Counted from the first letter of the stretch, positions 12,811-27,110 are shown. The stretch is 64,000 nucleotides of DNA from Rhina ancylostomus (GCA_030265395.1 JARFYF010000002.1:34232868-34296867), one strand, 5' to 3'. Notes: generated by a model from the sequence alone, not told the origin. A program made the numbers and translations.

Positions 12811-15800
12811 AAGGCTTGTATTATGTTGCATACAAAATGAAGTTTGTCTTAAAAATAAAGAATATTATCTTGGTTTATTTGTGCTTTGATTTTCCTGTTA
12901 AAGTTAAATGAGATAACCCAAATATTGTGGCATCAGCCATGGGTAGATGAGGACTTGGAAGAAATTGTTTACAAAATTATATCCCCACCAGAAGCCCGCG
13001 TTATGCTCTAAAGAGTCAATTCTCTTCCTATTCAGGTACATCATCAATGTGGCACAAGCAAAGGATGACAGAACATGTTTCATTGAATTGGATCTGCAAA
13101 GTGATGCCTGCTGTTTGCATTTTAGGGAAAAGTTATATAGTTAATTTAGGAGATAGAAGCTTCTACTTAATTTGTAGATTAATGTCCCACTATAGTAACT
13201 GGACGTACTACTGTTTGGTTGGTTAGCATCTGATAAATCTCAACTTGAAAGTGAGAATCAAGATTTAACCATGAAATGAAACAGATTTGGGGTTCAAGGA
13301 AAAATAGCAATTGTCACAAAACATTGAGAAGTTATGAGACAGGGGAGCACATTTTATTTTCTACATTTTGGAAAGTACTCCTATTTCAACAGGTATATGC
13401 ACCAATTACATAAATAATAACTGGAAAAGTGCTTAATCAATTGCTCTCAATTTTTTTTAGCTTTTGAAGATATTTAGATAAACTACAAGTTTATGCACAA
13501 TAAAAAATAACAAATAGCTAGTTGAATCTGAATTATTGTAATAACAATTAGATATATAACTATCTTCCACGTGATGATATTGATCGTTGAGCAATATACC
13601 CGCACTGTTTCGCGGAGTGCTATGTGCTAACTCTATATTAGAATATCATTACAAAGAACCAGCGTGTTTTATCAGTTTGGGCAGAATCTCTAAAGAAATT
13701 CTGGAAATTAACATGTTGCCGCGTTTTTTTTAACTTTTATAAAGCCAATATTCCACTTCGCTCGAAGGATCGAATGTCACCTGAAAGCTTGCTTTAATTG
13801 GCATTGGAATACTCATTTCAAATTTTAACTTAAGAGTATGCAAGTTATTTTTAAACTAAAAATTAAGTGATTAGACTCCGTTTCAAATGTTGAAACCGCA
13901 TTGCAGCATTGTAATGATCTTTTCCAGATACATATTCTGCCCCGTTGCCCAAACAGAAGCCACGTTATTTCTTTTATTTGCAATATTTACTACGAAGTAT
14001 GCTAAGATTGAATTGAAATGTTCTTGTTAAATGCTACTTTTTATGATTTAATATATTTTAGCTTTGCTTCTCTATAAACAAGTATTGGTCTTACAGCTTT
14101 CCAATAAATATTCTAGTTTTATTATTTTGCATGTAATGAAAATAACGAATTTACGTCTACCGCAGAATGTAGAGTAAGTTTTACATTAAATCTATTCTAA
14201 GATATTAATTAACCTGTTCGGAGTTGAGGTTGGTAGTAATGAAGCTAGTGTGTGAAATCAAATTGCAATAACTTTATTTTTTTGCGGGGAAGTCAAAAGA
14301 ATTCTTAAATCGAGGTTATGTTCAGTGCGGTCTAGTTCGTCTACATATTTCAGCACAATAATGATTGTCAAACCGGTAGAACATCCTTGATATTGTACAT
14401 TTGATATTTGAGCAGACCTACGTTTGTGCTGTGTTAAAATCGGCATGCATATATCTTATATATATCATATTTAAAGTAAAGTGAGTCTATTGTCATTAAT
14501 AATTAGGTGCACGATGGTGAAGAGCAGTACTGAGATACGTTTGTTTGCATGATTCCACAGGGTCCTGAAATAAAACAAGGACAATTTGCCGAGAGTGCTC
14601 CTTTTAAGTTCAATTTCCTGTCTTTAGAGTGGTACATTTCCTGTCAAATCATTGCCTGCAAAATTTCTTATCGCACAAATCAAATTTTACCTCACCGCAT
14701 ACTTATCCCTTCACAGCAATATTGAGAATATTGAGAAACTTACAGATTCCGACAACACATTGAACCTTAGAGGGGTTGTTTAATTCATGAACTGGGTCGG
14801 TGTAGCGCTTCCCGCTGGCAAAAGTACCTGTGGAAAGTTGGCTTCCTGGCACTCAGTTTCAATTTAAATCTATTTGTCAAGATTTAATTTCGATTATGTT
14901 CCGGTTTCGAAACATTGATTTCGTGCTGTCTCCGTACTTTTATTTTGCATTTCAGGCAACCTGAGGAGGGCTTAATGAGAGCGGAAAAGTTGAGTCGATG
15001 AGTAAGTTCAGGCTTCATGGCTGAACGGAGACATAGGTTGGGTGACTATCTCTGGTTCTGAAGTTCTTGCTAAACAAGCATAAAATGCATCAACAACACA
15101 AAACATATAGTAAGATGTTATAGAATGTAACAACTCTTAATTTCCGCCCCTCTCTCCAAAACTACAGGTTGCGTGAACGTACTGACATATCAGACCGAGT
15201 TATTTTTTTGGCGATCAATACACGTCCCAACTGGACAAAATCGACAGAGGAGTAAGACAGGCTTCGGACCATCGGTGCAGGGAGACTGCTGCGTTCNNNN
15301 NNNNNNNNNNNNNNNNNNNNNNNNNNNNNNNNNNNNNNNNNNNNNNNNNNNNNNNNNNNNNNNNNNNNNNNNNNNNNNNNNNNNNNNNNNNNNNNNNNNN
15401 NNNNNNNNNNNNNNNNNNNNNNNNNNNNNNNNNNNNNNNNNNNNNNNNNNNNNNNNNNNNNNNNNNNNNNNNNNNNNNNNNNNNNNNNNNNNNNNNNNNN
15501 NNNNNNNNNNNNNNNNNNNNNNNNNNNNNNNNNNNNNNNNNNNNNNNNNNNNNNNNNNNNNNNNNNNNNNNNNNNNNNNNNNNNNNNNNNNNNNNNNNNN
15601 NNNNNNNNNNNNNNNNNNNNNNNNNNNNNNNNNNNNNNNNNNNNNNNNNNNNNNNNNNNNNNNNNNNNNNNNNNNNNNNNNNNNNNNNNNNNNNNNNNNN
15701 NNNNNNNNNNNNNNNNNNNNNNNNNNNNNNNNNNNNNNNNNNNNNNNNNNNNNNNNNNNNNNNNNNNNNNNNNNNNNNNNNNNNNNNNNNNNNNNNNNNN

Positions 15801-18800
15801 NNNNNNNNNNNNNNNNNNNNNNNNNNNNNNNNNNNNNNNNNNNNNNNNNNNNNNNNNNNNNNNNNNNNNNNNNNNNNNNNNNNNNNNNNNNNNNNNNNNN
15901 NNNNNNNNNNNNNNNNNNNNNNNNNNNNNNNNNNNNNNNNNNNNNTATAAAACAAAAACTCGTCCCCCAGACAGATGTTCCACCAGTTCAGTGTCCAACA
16001 ATTCGCCACACTCGTATTCCGTAACTGCATTTGGTAGTTATTATTGCCGAAGGGTGCTGCGGGAAACATTTGTGACTCCGAGAATGGCATGAAGAAACTT
16101 CCTCCTTATCGAAATAAAGTAAGACAAATATCAGCCATGATAGGTGTTGCAGTTCAAAGAAATCAAGAATACGCAGAATAAATTACAGTCTTCTAGTGGT
16201 GGGAATGTTTTCAAAGTTTTGGACTACGAGTGAAAAGGCAATTCTCTGGTGTTGATGGACACCAACTTGATTAACTCAACAACTTCGACAAGGTCAAAGT
16301 TCACGTTGATGCTGCAGGTTTAATCAGAAGTCTGGATATGTTTCACATTTGGCGAGCTATGGGGAGCGAATTCTGTTTTTATATAATGAAACACAGGTGA
16401 AACTTTATCCATTAAAAAGTTAAAATATCAAATATTGTTCATGCATCTTTGATGTTGAATATCGCTCATTTGGTTCAAAATATATTCTAGGTTTTCTCAA
16501 CTGTTACAGTTCACACTTTAAAATAAGGATGAATTATGTGGAGTGAAAGAATCTGATTGGAATAGTAACCTATATAGTAATTTCACATTCAAATCATAAA
16601 CATATTTAATTTCCTCTATTCAGTCAACGATACACATATAATCATACATAATAAAACGCTGTTGTTTTTCGATTGTTATAACTGGTAAACCTTAATTTCT
16701 CATTGGCGTGTCTGCTGGTATTGCCACAACAATAGTTATGAAACTTGAGACAACCTCAAATGCTCGGGTTTGGGAGTACTGGAAATGAAGTTGAACTCCG
16801 TGTCTGTCAAGCGATATAATCGCTAATATTTCTGCAAAAACAAAAATCGGCTTATATTTTCCCTCTGTGTATGACCACATGAACACAAGTGCGCGAGGCT
16901 AACTTTTTAAAGGAAGCCCTAATAAGACTTTTATTAAAGGATAATAATTACTGCTACGGTGTTCTGTATTCAGCCCGAGTGATTGTCGCAGGGCGGGGCA
17001 ATGTTATGTTTTGCATTTTATAGAGGGCGTCATGTTTGTGTGCTACCGAGTACGACTAATATCATTCACCTTCAATCGAAGCAAAATAATATTCATTAAC
17101 ATGTACAATGCCACTCACCGGAACTAACTGGTATTGACCATAATATAACAACATTTTGTTTGATTAATAATAAACATTGCACAGTGGCGGACATACCAGT
17201 GACATCTTAAATTAACTAACATGACAATTTAAGATTGTAATAGAATCCCTGTTCTGTTATTTGTCTGTGGATTACATCGCAATAACATTGCGGACCCCAC
17301 TTTTAGAAGGACTGATCAATGTGTAATTGATTGATCAGAGAGAACAGCCTCTCTGATAAGAACAACCAGCCAATGATTTGGCGACACTGTGTTACCGACT
17401 CTGCAAATAAATCTCAGTTTCGATCGAATTCTCACACAATTCTGTTTCTTTTAGTGTGTTTTTTTTTCTGGAATATAGGCAAGGGTGCTGCAGCGCAAAA
17501 TTTAATTTAAAAAACATTCATTTCGGGGCAGTTTTTGTTTGAGTTGATCGAACTGCAGGTTTCGAAAACCGATGAAAATTGTAGTTTCCCATTTTGACCG
17601 ATAGGGCACGCCATTGTACCGTGCTCAGACAGTCGGAACCGCTATCATCGGAGTTTACAAGCTCAGACACACGAACTTTCAAAACACTTCATATTTGGTG
17701 TGTATGTTGGGAAGTTTGGGTATGCTATTGAATGTGTCGGTGCTGAAAAATATTCAAATCAGGTTTCCATTAAAGACATATGTCTCCATCGAGGCCACAG
17801 ATAAACCGTATTTAACAACTGACAAAATATCCTATCTGCACCAGCTTAGCATTCACTTGCCTGAATGCTTTTAGAAAGTTGCCAGTATTGTTAGTAAACA
17901 TTCAGCAATATAGCTGACAGCAGTGCTACTCATGTAGGCTTTCTTCGTAGCTTTTTTTCGCAGGCGCGCAAAACCGTGCTGGAATGTGGAAAAAGCATTT
18001 ATTTTCTTTTCTCGAAAAACTGTGTTAGATTCTTCGACCTGACTAAAATATTCGGAATTACTCTGATTCTGTTGAATTACAAGACTGCGTCCGGGGATCA
18101 AAGAGGAAACCTTTCAGATGTGACAGAAATGTACCTATACTCCAAATTTGTCAGCGGCATATAATGGAACAAATAATGGCAATCCATATTTTCCTGTAAT
18201 TTAGACTTTTCCCGAACTGGTTTCTTTCACAGTTGAATTGGAAATGACGTGAACTATTTTTCGAACAAAAATCCTTAGTTTTCTGATGAGGTTTCTCGGC
18301 ATTTGGACCCATAATTTGCTGCGTCGGTGGGCAATCATGCCAATATTTCATGCAAAATTCTCTCAGTGAATTAACTATTGGTCGGTAGATCGAGCAATCA
18401 GAAACTGACCTTGTATTAACTCGCCCCTTTATTAAAGATGCACAAGAGCAGATTCTTATCCCAATTCCTCGAAAGTCAACAACTGCAAATGGATTAATAA
18501 TTGATTGACTTTCCACTCTGTTCTTATTTCATTGCTGGGAATGAAAGAAGTAAATACATCTATAAAGTTCTTCACTGTATGTAGACATCTTTTTTTTCAC
18601 ATCACGTATAAAATTGTTTTTATTTACATTTTATGTGCCTGAGTGTCTCTCTCCATTTCTGTGGCCAAAAGCGTTAATGGAAACACACTACGACATTCTC
18701 CTAATTATTTTGATAGAATTACAAAACAAAGGCTATTTCTACATTTCTATTTATTTTTTAAAATGCAGGAAATACGTTAAAACATTAGCAGGATCTTTCG

Positions 18801-21800
18801 ACGACCTGGTCATTCCAATGCCCATACTTCAATGTTTTTTTTAAACTCCTATAACCTTTTTCGCCGCACGTGCACGCGCACTAATGTTCCTCTCCTATAT
18901 CCGTTCCCGTCAACATTAAACTTGATTCCCAACTGCAACTACTAAACTCCAATTAAACGATTCTGTCCAGCCCCCCGAGTAACAATGTCTAAACCAACAA
19001 CGCGCAGTAGCTTGCATGCTAATTGATAACACTGAAGTTTTAAAACAGAAACTATAAATTATATGTATACATCCACAATAAAATCATTATTGAAAATCAA
19101 GGTCCCAGAAGGTTTGGGCCGTGAATCCGCAGCAGGTTAAATATTGCAGCAGAGAATGTCCCTGAACTGGAATAATTGCAAAGAACTTCCATGATATAAG
19201 ATTTAATAAACAAAAATGCATTTTTAATAGCAAAGGAGACTCAGATCTAGGGTAAATAGAGGTTTCTTTTTGTTGCTTAGAAGTACTAATCGTAATGATA
19301 TCACTGAGAATACTATTGCTAATCATCGTTAAAGATGAAGGTCGAATGATTCCCTCCATTGTCTATATTAAGAGCCGCAACTGTTACAACTTTGCCTCCA
19401 GAACATAATTTCTAAGAATCAGTTAACCCGGCATTATACATTATTTATTTGAATCCAACGATATTGCATTTTAATTTGAAGGACTTTGGATAACTTTTAA
19501 CACAGAGAAGCAAAAATGCATTAGCCTAAATTATTTGCGGCTGTTGTAAGCTTCGCCCCTTTTAAACTTGAACAAACGGTCTTGTCTTTCAGTGGAGTGG
19601 TGTGCGGGACAGGGATTCCTTTCCAGTGTAGCACGGATAGCTTTCATTTACACGAAGATGCTAAAGACCTGTTTTATAAGCAAGAAAGCCGCCAACTTGA
19701 ACTAATATTTAGTTAACCCATTGAGTACTTATTCCCTGCGTTAAAAACGCACTGCTTTCCAGAAGCTAACAACCACCAACTCACTTCAGAGTAGACTTCC
19801 TTGTAGAACAGCCAACAGGAGCATCTCCTTGTTCTTGTTGGTTGTTTTACGATGCTGCGTGCGAGCTATTTTTTGTGAAAATTTCGGAAGAGTAAAGATT
19901 ATCGTTCAATGTATTACCAGTGTAGATATAATATCACGCACACTGTTAGGGCACAGATAAGATCTGATTGATCTGCAAAATAATTTATACGGGTGACTTT
20001 TGTTTTTTTTTCCGTGGCGTATCCCATAAGATACACCTTGCATTGTAGTTATTGTGGCATATTGGATCTGTGTAACATACGGGGCCTCACAAGGACATAC
20101 TTTTTTTAAGGTACATATTATTTTCTTAATCTTTTCCTAAAGGTATTTCAGTCAAAACACATTTTGACGTAATTCCTGAAAATATAACCTTAGCGTCCCC
20201 ATTGACAATGGTACAAGGAGTATAGATTAAGAAAATATAAATGTATGTATGAATAATTATTCTTATTATAATAAAACATACAAAATCAGGTAACTGTTAA
20301 TATACGGTTCTGTTTTCCAAAGCCAATGACAATGCAACGTGATACGGGATTTCCTATAAAACCTCCTTTCCACTGAGCTCAAATTACTTGTGGTCAGTGA
20401 TTGACATGAGACATCTCCATTGTAACTGTGAGAACACCCTTCACCTTCTTGTTGTCTATCTATGTGTCTATGTGTGTGTGCATCTGTACGTGTTGAGGTG
20501 GTTAAATATGTATTCAGGTTCTTTGTATTACGACAGGATTCGCTTTCTATAACTTTCACTTCTCTAGTTCTTTTTTGTGTGTATCATCTATATCCATGTC
20601 TGCATATCCCAGTTGTTTTGGTGCATGGACATCATCTTATTCCTGTTGTATTTTATTGCATATATGTGTATGCGCGTGCACTTAAGCTATTACCATTTTA
20701 TACGAGTGGATTTCAACTTTTAAAGTATCAGTGTGTATTTAAATAACTAGGTCTCTGACAGTTGTATGCACCTTAGTAATATGAATAAGTTGTGCTTTCA
20801 AATTTATTCTTCTATTTCGAAGTTCGTTTGGCTGCGTAAATTTGAACGTGTGGGTCGTCAGCGCTTTTATTTAATGATAATTCTCAGGGTTGTTTTTAGG
20901 AACCCTACGAGTAACTACGTAACAGCTTAATTCAATTGCACGGAATGTGTCGGTGTAACTCCCATAGCTGTGTTTAGGATTCACATCAACGTCTCTTTAT
21001 AATTCTGTCCCTTAACTCCTACATAATTTTTCTCGAGTGTGTAGGTGCAAGCCCTTGCACTAGTGGGTATGTTAGCGCCGCTGCCTTTGTTCGTGCATTT
21101 GCACAATTCAGCTTCTAATAGTTCTGAATGAGTTTGCATAGTTTTGGAGCATAGCGTGTGAACGCGCCCCTGATTTGTCCCCTTGACCAACTGGGAGTAA
21201 ATAAATTGTTCATCCTTTTACTCCGCAGCTGAAATGAGCTTGTTAGTCATACAACCGACATCGTCACAATTTAGGGTTCGAATAAAAAGACCCACACGTT
21301 TTAATTTAACTGGTTTCGTTCAATGACCCATTCGAATTATCTCTTCTGAATCCCTGGGTTATTCTGCGCGTGGTGTTAAAAACCAGCCGTTTGAATATTT
21401 AATGGACGGGAAGTTGTTGGGAGGCCAGTTTCAATAGACCGAGATATTTATTTATAGATAGATAAGCGTCCAACAAGTAAATAGCTAACTCACAGTTCTG
21501 AACATGACGTGAGTTCCAAACCACAGCACATCAGCACCAGCATGTTATATATCTAAAATATATTTTTGTTACAGGTTTGTAAAGATTAGAAAAGTTCGGA
21601 GCGTTCAGATATGTTGTTCTGCTTTAAAAAATCATATATAAATATTGCAGTTTTATAAAACTGAATTTTGGAATGTCACTGTATATGAGTAAATTATCAT
21701 TACAAACATCTTCAAGCTACAATTCGCTAAAGTTATGACAGTGCCTGGCCATGTTCATCGTATTGACATGTTTCCAATAACAAATTTCAAATATCTGATG

Positions 21801-24199
21801 AGCAGGCAGCTGAAATGCCACCCCCGCCCGCCCCCACGCCTCCTCCAGCCCCCCCCATCCACCCGCATAAAAAAACGGCCCGGAAATATCGTAAACTTTT
21901 GGACAGAATAGGGCTTGGCCTCAAAATTCATCCCCCACCCCCACCCCCGAGGACGTCATTTGCATCTTTTTTTTACTTCAAGAGTAAAATATGTTGTATT
22001 TTTAGGGAATCGCATTTTGACACTCGACCATACATTTGCTACAGGAAAAAGAATTATATTCATCACAGTTATACAGCTGAATGAATGCAAAACAAGACAG
22101 CGCAAATATTGTGGTGTAATAATTATATTGAATGCAATCTGACTATACTATCGGTTTACAAATCTATGTCCCTTTCGCAATCTGCCCTTGAAGTCCAAAG
22201 TAATTTCTCTCTTTCTCTCCAGGAAAATCTAAAGCGCGCCAAAAGGTAAACGGGATTAAATTTAACCAATCTTTTGAGTGGCCTTCAGTTTCCTGGGACT
22301 GTCAATGTGGAAGGAATGGTAAATAAAATTGGTAAAAATGTGGAAGGTATGGGATTTGGGAGGGTGTGGTGATACGGAGCACCGTGTTTTCAAACAGTCT
22401 GTAAAAGAAATTAATGGATCGATTACCGGAACCTAATTTAATAATTCATTTTTAATAGTGAAATACATCCGAAACTTCCCTTTTGCGTTATATCTAGGAG
22501 CTAACCGGTTACTCCAGCTTTCTGTTTGTACGGCTTCATTTCACTTGTTGGTATAAAACTAATTTTAAAGAGGATACAACATCAGACGAAACAATTGAAC
22601 GAAATTCGGCGAAAGAGATAGTGTTCATTGTCTTCTGTAGATTGCACAACTTTAAAGTAACAATTGGGTTTAACGCTAAGAACGAAGGATAATCTCGAAA
22701 CTGCATGTCTTTTTTAAAAAAAGTGTGGAAGTTTAAATTTTGTATGATTAGGTAAACGGCATTTAGTAAATGCTGTTATTATCTGATTATTGGTTGTTAC
22801 TGTTTACTCATTTACATATTGTGTAGATTGCTTTAACTCAATAGATTTCGAGTACATAAACAATACTACAGGACTACAACAGAATGTAACCTGTTCCATC
22901 TGAATTAACGCATTTCTACACTGCTCACTTGGACGTGTTCACTTCGCGGATATAGTTACCACTTTCATAAAGTTTAGCATAGGATTCGGTATACAACGAA
23001 ATAATATTCAGAGGGAAATAACCTGTAATGTTTATAGTTTCCCTCTCGATTGTCTATTTACTTTTCCGAAATAATCGGCATTTTGGATAGTTAACTTTTC
23101 GTGTTAATGATAATGTATGAGAAGCACGAAATGTGCTATGGATGTAAATAAATGGTCTCGCTACGAAACAAGCAAACGGGGTAAACGCCGGCAGGTAAAA
23201 TTGAACCGTTCTGGCAGAAAGCCGCTCGTTGATCATCAGCCTATCTGTGGCGCTGGCCAATAGAGGGCACTCACATCCCTTACTGATTATGCAGTGGCAA
23301 CTATTGAACAATGCTCCCGGATCCATACCCAACTAAAACATTTCACCCGATCAGCACGTTTGTGGTCAGAAAACACTTCTTCTTTCTGTCAAATTTCTCT
23401 TTGTATTGATAAGATAATTTAGCTGAATATGTTCTGTACGCATGTAATATTGACTTAGTATAGTAGTGAACTGGTCTCCAGCCAGCTTGTAGCTCTAAAA
23501 AGAAAGCTGATTTATCAAATATTGTAGCCAATTCAAAAACAAAACGTTGCAAACGATCACTTAAAATATAGGTATGTGGAATTTTTTTAAAAATCAGAGA
23601 AACCTGTCGGTTTTACACTGTCGGAGGGATGACACGTGCAGAATAAACGATTCTATTTGTAACTAGCCACAGTGGTATATTAGTTAAAATATCTTAAAGA
23701 ATATGTAGATTGCCACATATATAAAATGTATGCAGATCACTTTTAACCATTGTGCATTTACTCATCTGCATCATTGTCATTATTTATAATTGAAATTATA
23801 TGCAATTTACACTAAAATAGGGTTTAAGATTTATAATTCAATATACCGATTCAGTAAATAAGAAAATACATGTTTGCGCAGTCACACAGGCAGGTGTTAA
23901 AACGTGATTTTAAAGGATATTGTGTCTCTACACGCACACAAAAAATAAAAATTACATTACGAAATCAAGATATTTTGAAAACAATGTATTTCTGGTTCTA
24001 AGTGCGTTCCTTCGTATCTATTGGGATTCTCTTTGTACAATTATTGCCGTGTTTATAGAAGTGAATATTATATTCATGCTCTCGTTAGAATAATACTGTG
24101 GCCTTGATACCGGTTTAGTGGATAAACTATGCGGTCCCGCCATCAGCTCAGAAAATGTAATTTCCCCACAAAACCACCACATAAGACTTCAAGGTTGTG

Positions 24200-25610
24200 C
24201 GATCGCTTGTTTTATGTAAGTAATAAAATATTACTTTAACATAAATATATAAGGGACTCTGCGTTGCTTCTTTTATCTTCACAAGACACATTGAAATGTA
24301 CCAAAAACAATCTTTTCAAGAGAAGGGTGGGGAGGGGGGGGGGAAGCATAACGGAAAAATTTACATCCCACATATAACATCTAATCAATTAAAGCTACAG
24401 AAGAAACAGTTTCCAGAACTTCTTTTAAAGAAATAAATACATTGAGGCAGGCCACGTGAAAATGATATTAAAATTCCCTGGGCAGCATTATGGAAATATG
24501 TATACAAGGAAAAAAATCATTCAGATAATGTTTATCTTCTTCAGTTCAAAAGACAAATTTATGCAACATATATACATAGTGGTATAAGATGTGCATGGTA
24601 ACCGCTCTCCATAAACCTATGAGAAAAGGTTCTAACAAAGTACTCCACGTTCAACTTCATTTTACTAAACGAACAGACACAAATTTAGTTCGTGTCTCAG
24701 GATTATTTCTGTCTGTACCAACCTATCTGACCCGGTGTTTTTTTTTATTTTTAAATGTTTTTCTAACACTTTACTAAATTTTATTGTCTTTAGGAATCGC
24801 TATAACTGCGGTTAAATTACAATCATATCACCACATCAAAATATCTCAAATATGTACACACCTTTTCTAGAATTTTGAATGTTTGGATATGTTCTTTGTA
24901 AGAAAGCGCAATATACTGATATGTTTTAAAGGTTTTTTTGTCTCATTTTATCCGACTGTAGATTGTTTTTATGTTAGATTGTAGACGCACGTTTAATAAG
25001 TACAATGTTTTATACTGCAATATATTTTTTGAAAAAATGTGGCAGGAACTACAACATTTTGACTCTGAAATTTTATTTATTCATTATTGTACAGTGCTAA
25101 TTCGGAGGCGTTAAGACGCTGGCTAGCATATTTGTAATAGTCCTCTCGTATAAAAGGTATTGCATTTCTTGCCACCGGAATTAGTTTTTATTAAACATGG
25201 GGGTAAAACTTTTAATCGGTGATCTGTAATACTTTATAGCGCCTGAAATGTATCGATTTGTCGTTCATTTATTTACTTCTTTGTGTTTATGTGAATTGAT
25301 TCTGTTTGCTATTTCACAGCTCTCAACTTCAGTTCCTGGAGAGAACTGTATCGTTTGAGCTGAGCCCCTCTCTGCCTGATTGACACAGCCTATTTTCTGC
25401 TCACATACACTGCCTCTCGTCTTGTACAATTCAGCGCCCAGGAGAAATGTCTCCCACTCTGTTGGGATTTTCTTTTAAACAAACCCGCAAAATGACTAGA
25501 ATAGTGGCTAGTCCGGAGAGCAGTGTATTGGAATTCTCTTTTCCCCTCCTTTTACCTTTTCCTGCAACAATCAAAACTGCAGCTCGTGGCCAAATCCTCC
25601 TCTGCTTTCA

Positions 25611-25665
<55 letters not shown>

Positions 25666-25955
25666 CCCTTTGCTTCTGCCTGTCACAGTGGATCTATACA
25701 TTAACAATTATAGCAGCCTTTCAGGTCCCATTCTATCCTAGGCAGTTTTGTGTCTCTTCGCCACAGTTTTCTAAAGGTATGTATATCAGTGCCTCTGTTA
25801 TTATTTATATACTCACTCCATTTGCCTGCGAGCTCCATCTGTATAGGTCAAAACACATCATTAACATGTGCTATCGCAACGATAGTCCGGTGTTTTAAGC
25901 TGTTCGTTAAGAAAAGAACAAATAAAAGGAACAAAAGATGTGAGGGGGAGAGCAT
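24200..25955 (-). other. Probable long AU-rich 3' UTR of POU3F2
   Basis: TE-free, AT-rich sequence after the stop codon. Minus-strand AATAAA candidates (plus TTTATT) at 25187-25192, 25072-25077, 24780-24785 and 24744-24749. Pumilio-type TGTACATA at 24851-24858 (minus). The true 3' end is unknown. Confidence 0.5.
25612..25662. repeat. (CA)n microsatellite in the probable 3' UTR
   Basis: About 25 perfect CA units. Confidence 0.98.
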
Positions 25956-27110
25956 TCACTGTACAGAAGTCTGAACCCCATGATGTGACGGCGGGGTGTC
26001 CCTGGCCCCATATACATCCTCGGCTCCGGGGTGAGCTCCTCCGGGAGGAGTCATTCGTTTCTCTTTTTGTCTTCTGTTACAAAACCAAACCCTGACCACC
26101 TCCTTCTCCAGCTGCAGACTGTCCGCCAGAGTGGTGATCTCCTGGGCCGAGGGCTTTGGGCACTTCAAAAAATGGCTCTCCAAAGCCCCCTTGACGCTCA
26201 CCTCTATAGAGGTCCTCTTTTTCCTCTTCCTGCCTTGGGCAGCAATTTTGTCTATGCTGGTGGGGCTTCCAGACGACGAGTCGGCCTCCTCCAGCCACTT
26301 GTTCAACAAGGGTTTGAGTTTGCACATGTTTTTAAAGCTCAGCTGAAGCGCTTCGAACCTGCAGATGGTAGTCTGCGAGAAGACATTGCCGTAGAGCGTC
26401 CCAAGAGCTAGTCCCACGTCGGCTTGGGTAAATCCTAGCTTGATCCTCCTCTGTTTGAACTGCTTGGCGAACTGTTCCAAGTCGTCCGAGGTAGGGGTGT
26501 CCTCGTCCGAGTGTTCGTGACCCTGATGCTGGTGCTGGTGATGGTGGTGTTGCTGTTGATGTTGCTGCTGGTGGTGTTGACTATGATCCCCGTGGTGATG
26601 CTCCTCGTGGGCTTCCCTCAGTCCATGGTGCATACCTTGGGTCGATGCTGGGTTGATCATGCCATTGACCGTGAAACCCGGCTGCGAGTAGATGAGACTT
26701 TGGCCGTTGGATGCCATGCTGGGGATGTGGGCTGAGGTGGTGTTGCCCCATGCGCCGTGGTGGTTGCCGTGCTGGTGCACCATGTGAGGCGGCCGGTGGT
26801 GCAAGGTGCCCCCGCTGTGGAGTTCGTCCCTCCCCGATTGCACCGTGGGTTTGATGTCTTGTTGGCCGAGGGGACTGGCCGCCACGCCGGCCGACCACGG
26901 AGATCCCTCGGCGTGTGAGAGAGCGGTTAACCATTGATGAGCGTGGCTGAGAGGGTGCCCATTGCTTTGCATGTAATCATTCTGGACCAGTTTCTGTGCA
27001 TCCCTGTAGGCTGTCCCTTGTTGCATGCTCCCCGGCTCGGCGTGCACGATGGAGTTGGAGGTGAGGATATTGCCGCTCGTAATGTAATGATTAGATGCTG
27101 TGGTCGCCAT
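25956..27110 (-). CDS. POU3F2: POU class 3 homeobox 2 (BRN2/N-Oct3), intronless, 384 aa
   Basis: Single ORF with the class III N-terminus (MATTASNHY...SIVHAEP...[13 protein letters not shown]), a POU-specific domain ([35 protein letters not shown]...), linker [17 protein letters not shown] and POU homeodomain ([11 protein letters not shown]...[14 protein letters not shown]). The C-terminus [32 protein letters not shown] resembles POU3F2 ([31 protein letters not shown]). Start context is AAGTCATGG. Confidence 0.96.
   Translation of the reverse strand: MATTASNHYITSGNILTSNSIVHAEPGSMQQGTAYRDAQKLVQNDYMQSNGHPLSHAHQWLTALSHAEGSPWSAGVAASPLGQQDIKPTVQSGRDELHSGGTLHHRPPHMVHQHGNHHGAWGNTTSAHIPSMASNGQSLIYSQPGFTVNGMINPASTQGMHHGLREAHEEHHHGDHSQHHQQQHQQQHHHHQHQHQGHEHSDEDTPTSDDLEQFAKQFKQRRIKLGFTQADVGLALGTLYGNVFSQTTICRFEALQLSFKNMCKLKPLLNKWLEEADSSSGSPTSIDKIAAQGRKRKKRTSIEVSVKGALESHFLKCPKPSAQEITTLADSLQLEKEVVRVWFCNRRQKEKRMTPPGGAHPGAEDVYGARDTPPSHHGVQTSVQ

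Noticed and set aside
1-13500. Terminal exons of the expected neighbour FBXL4
   Set aside because: No leucine-rich-repeat or FBXL4-like translation was recognised; the region is mostly TE remnants.
15162-16090. Long ORFs of 279-291 aa (also 53831-54291 and 59558-60158)
   Set aside because: They are open only because they run through N gaps.
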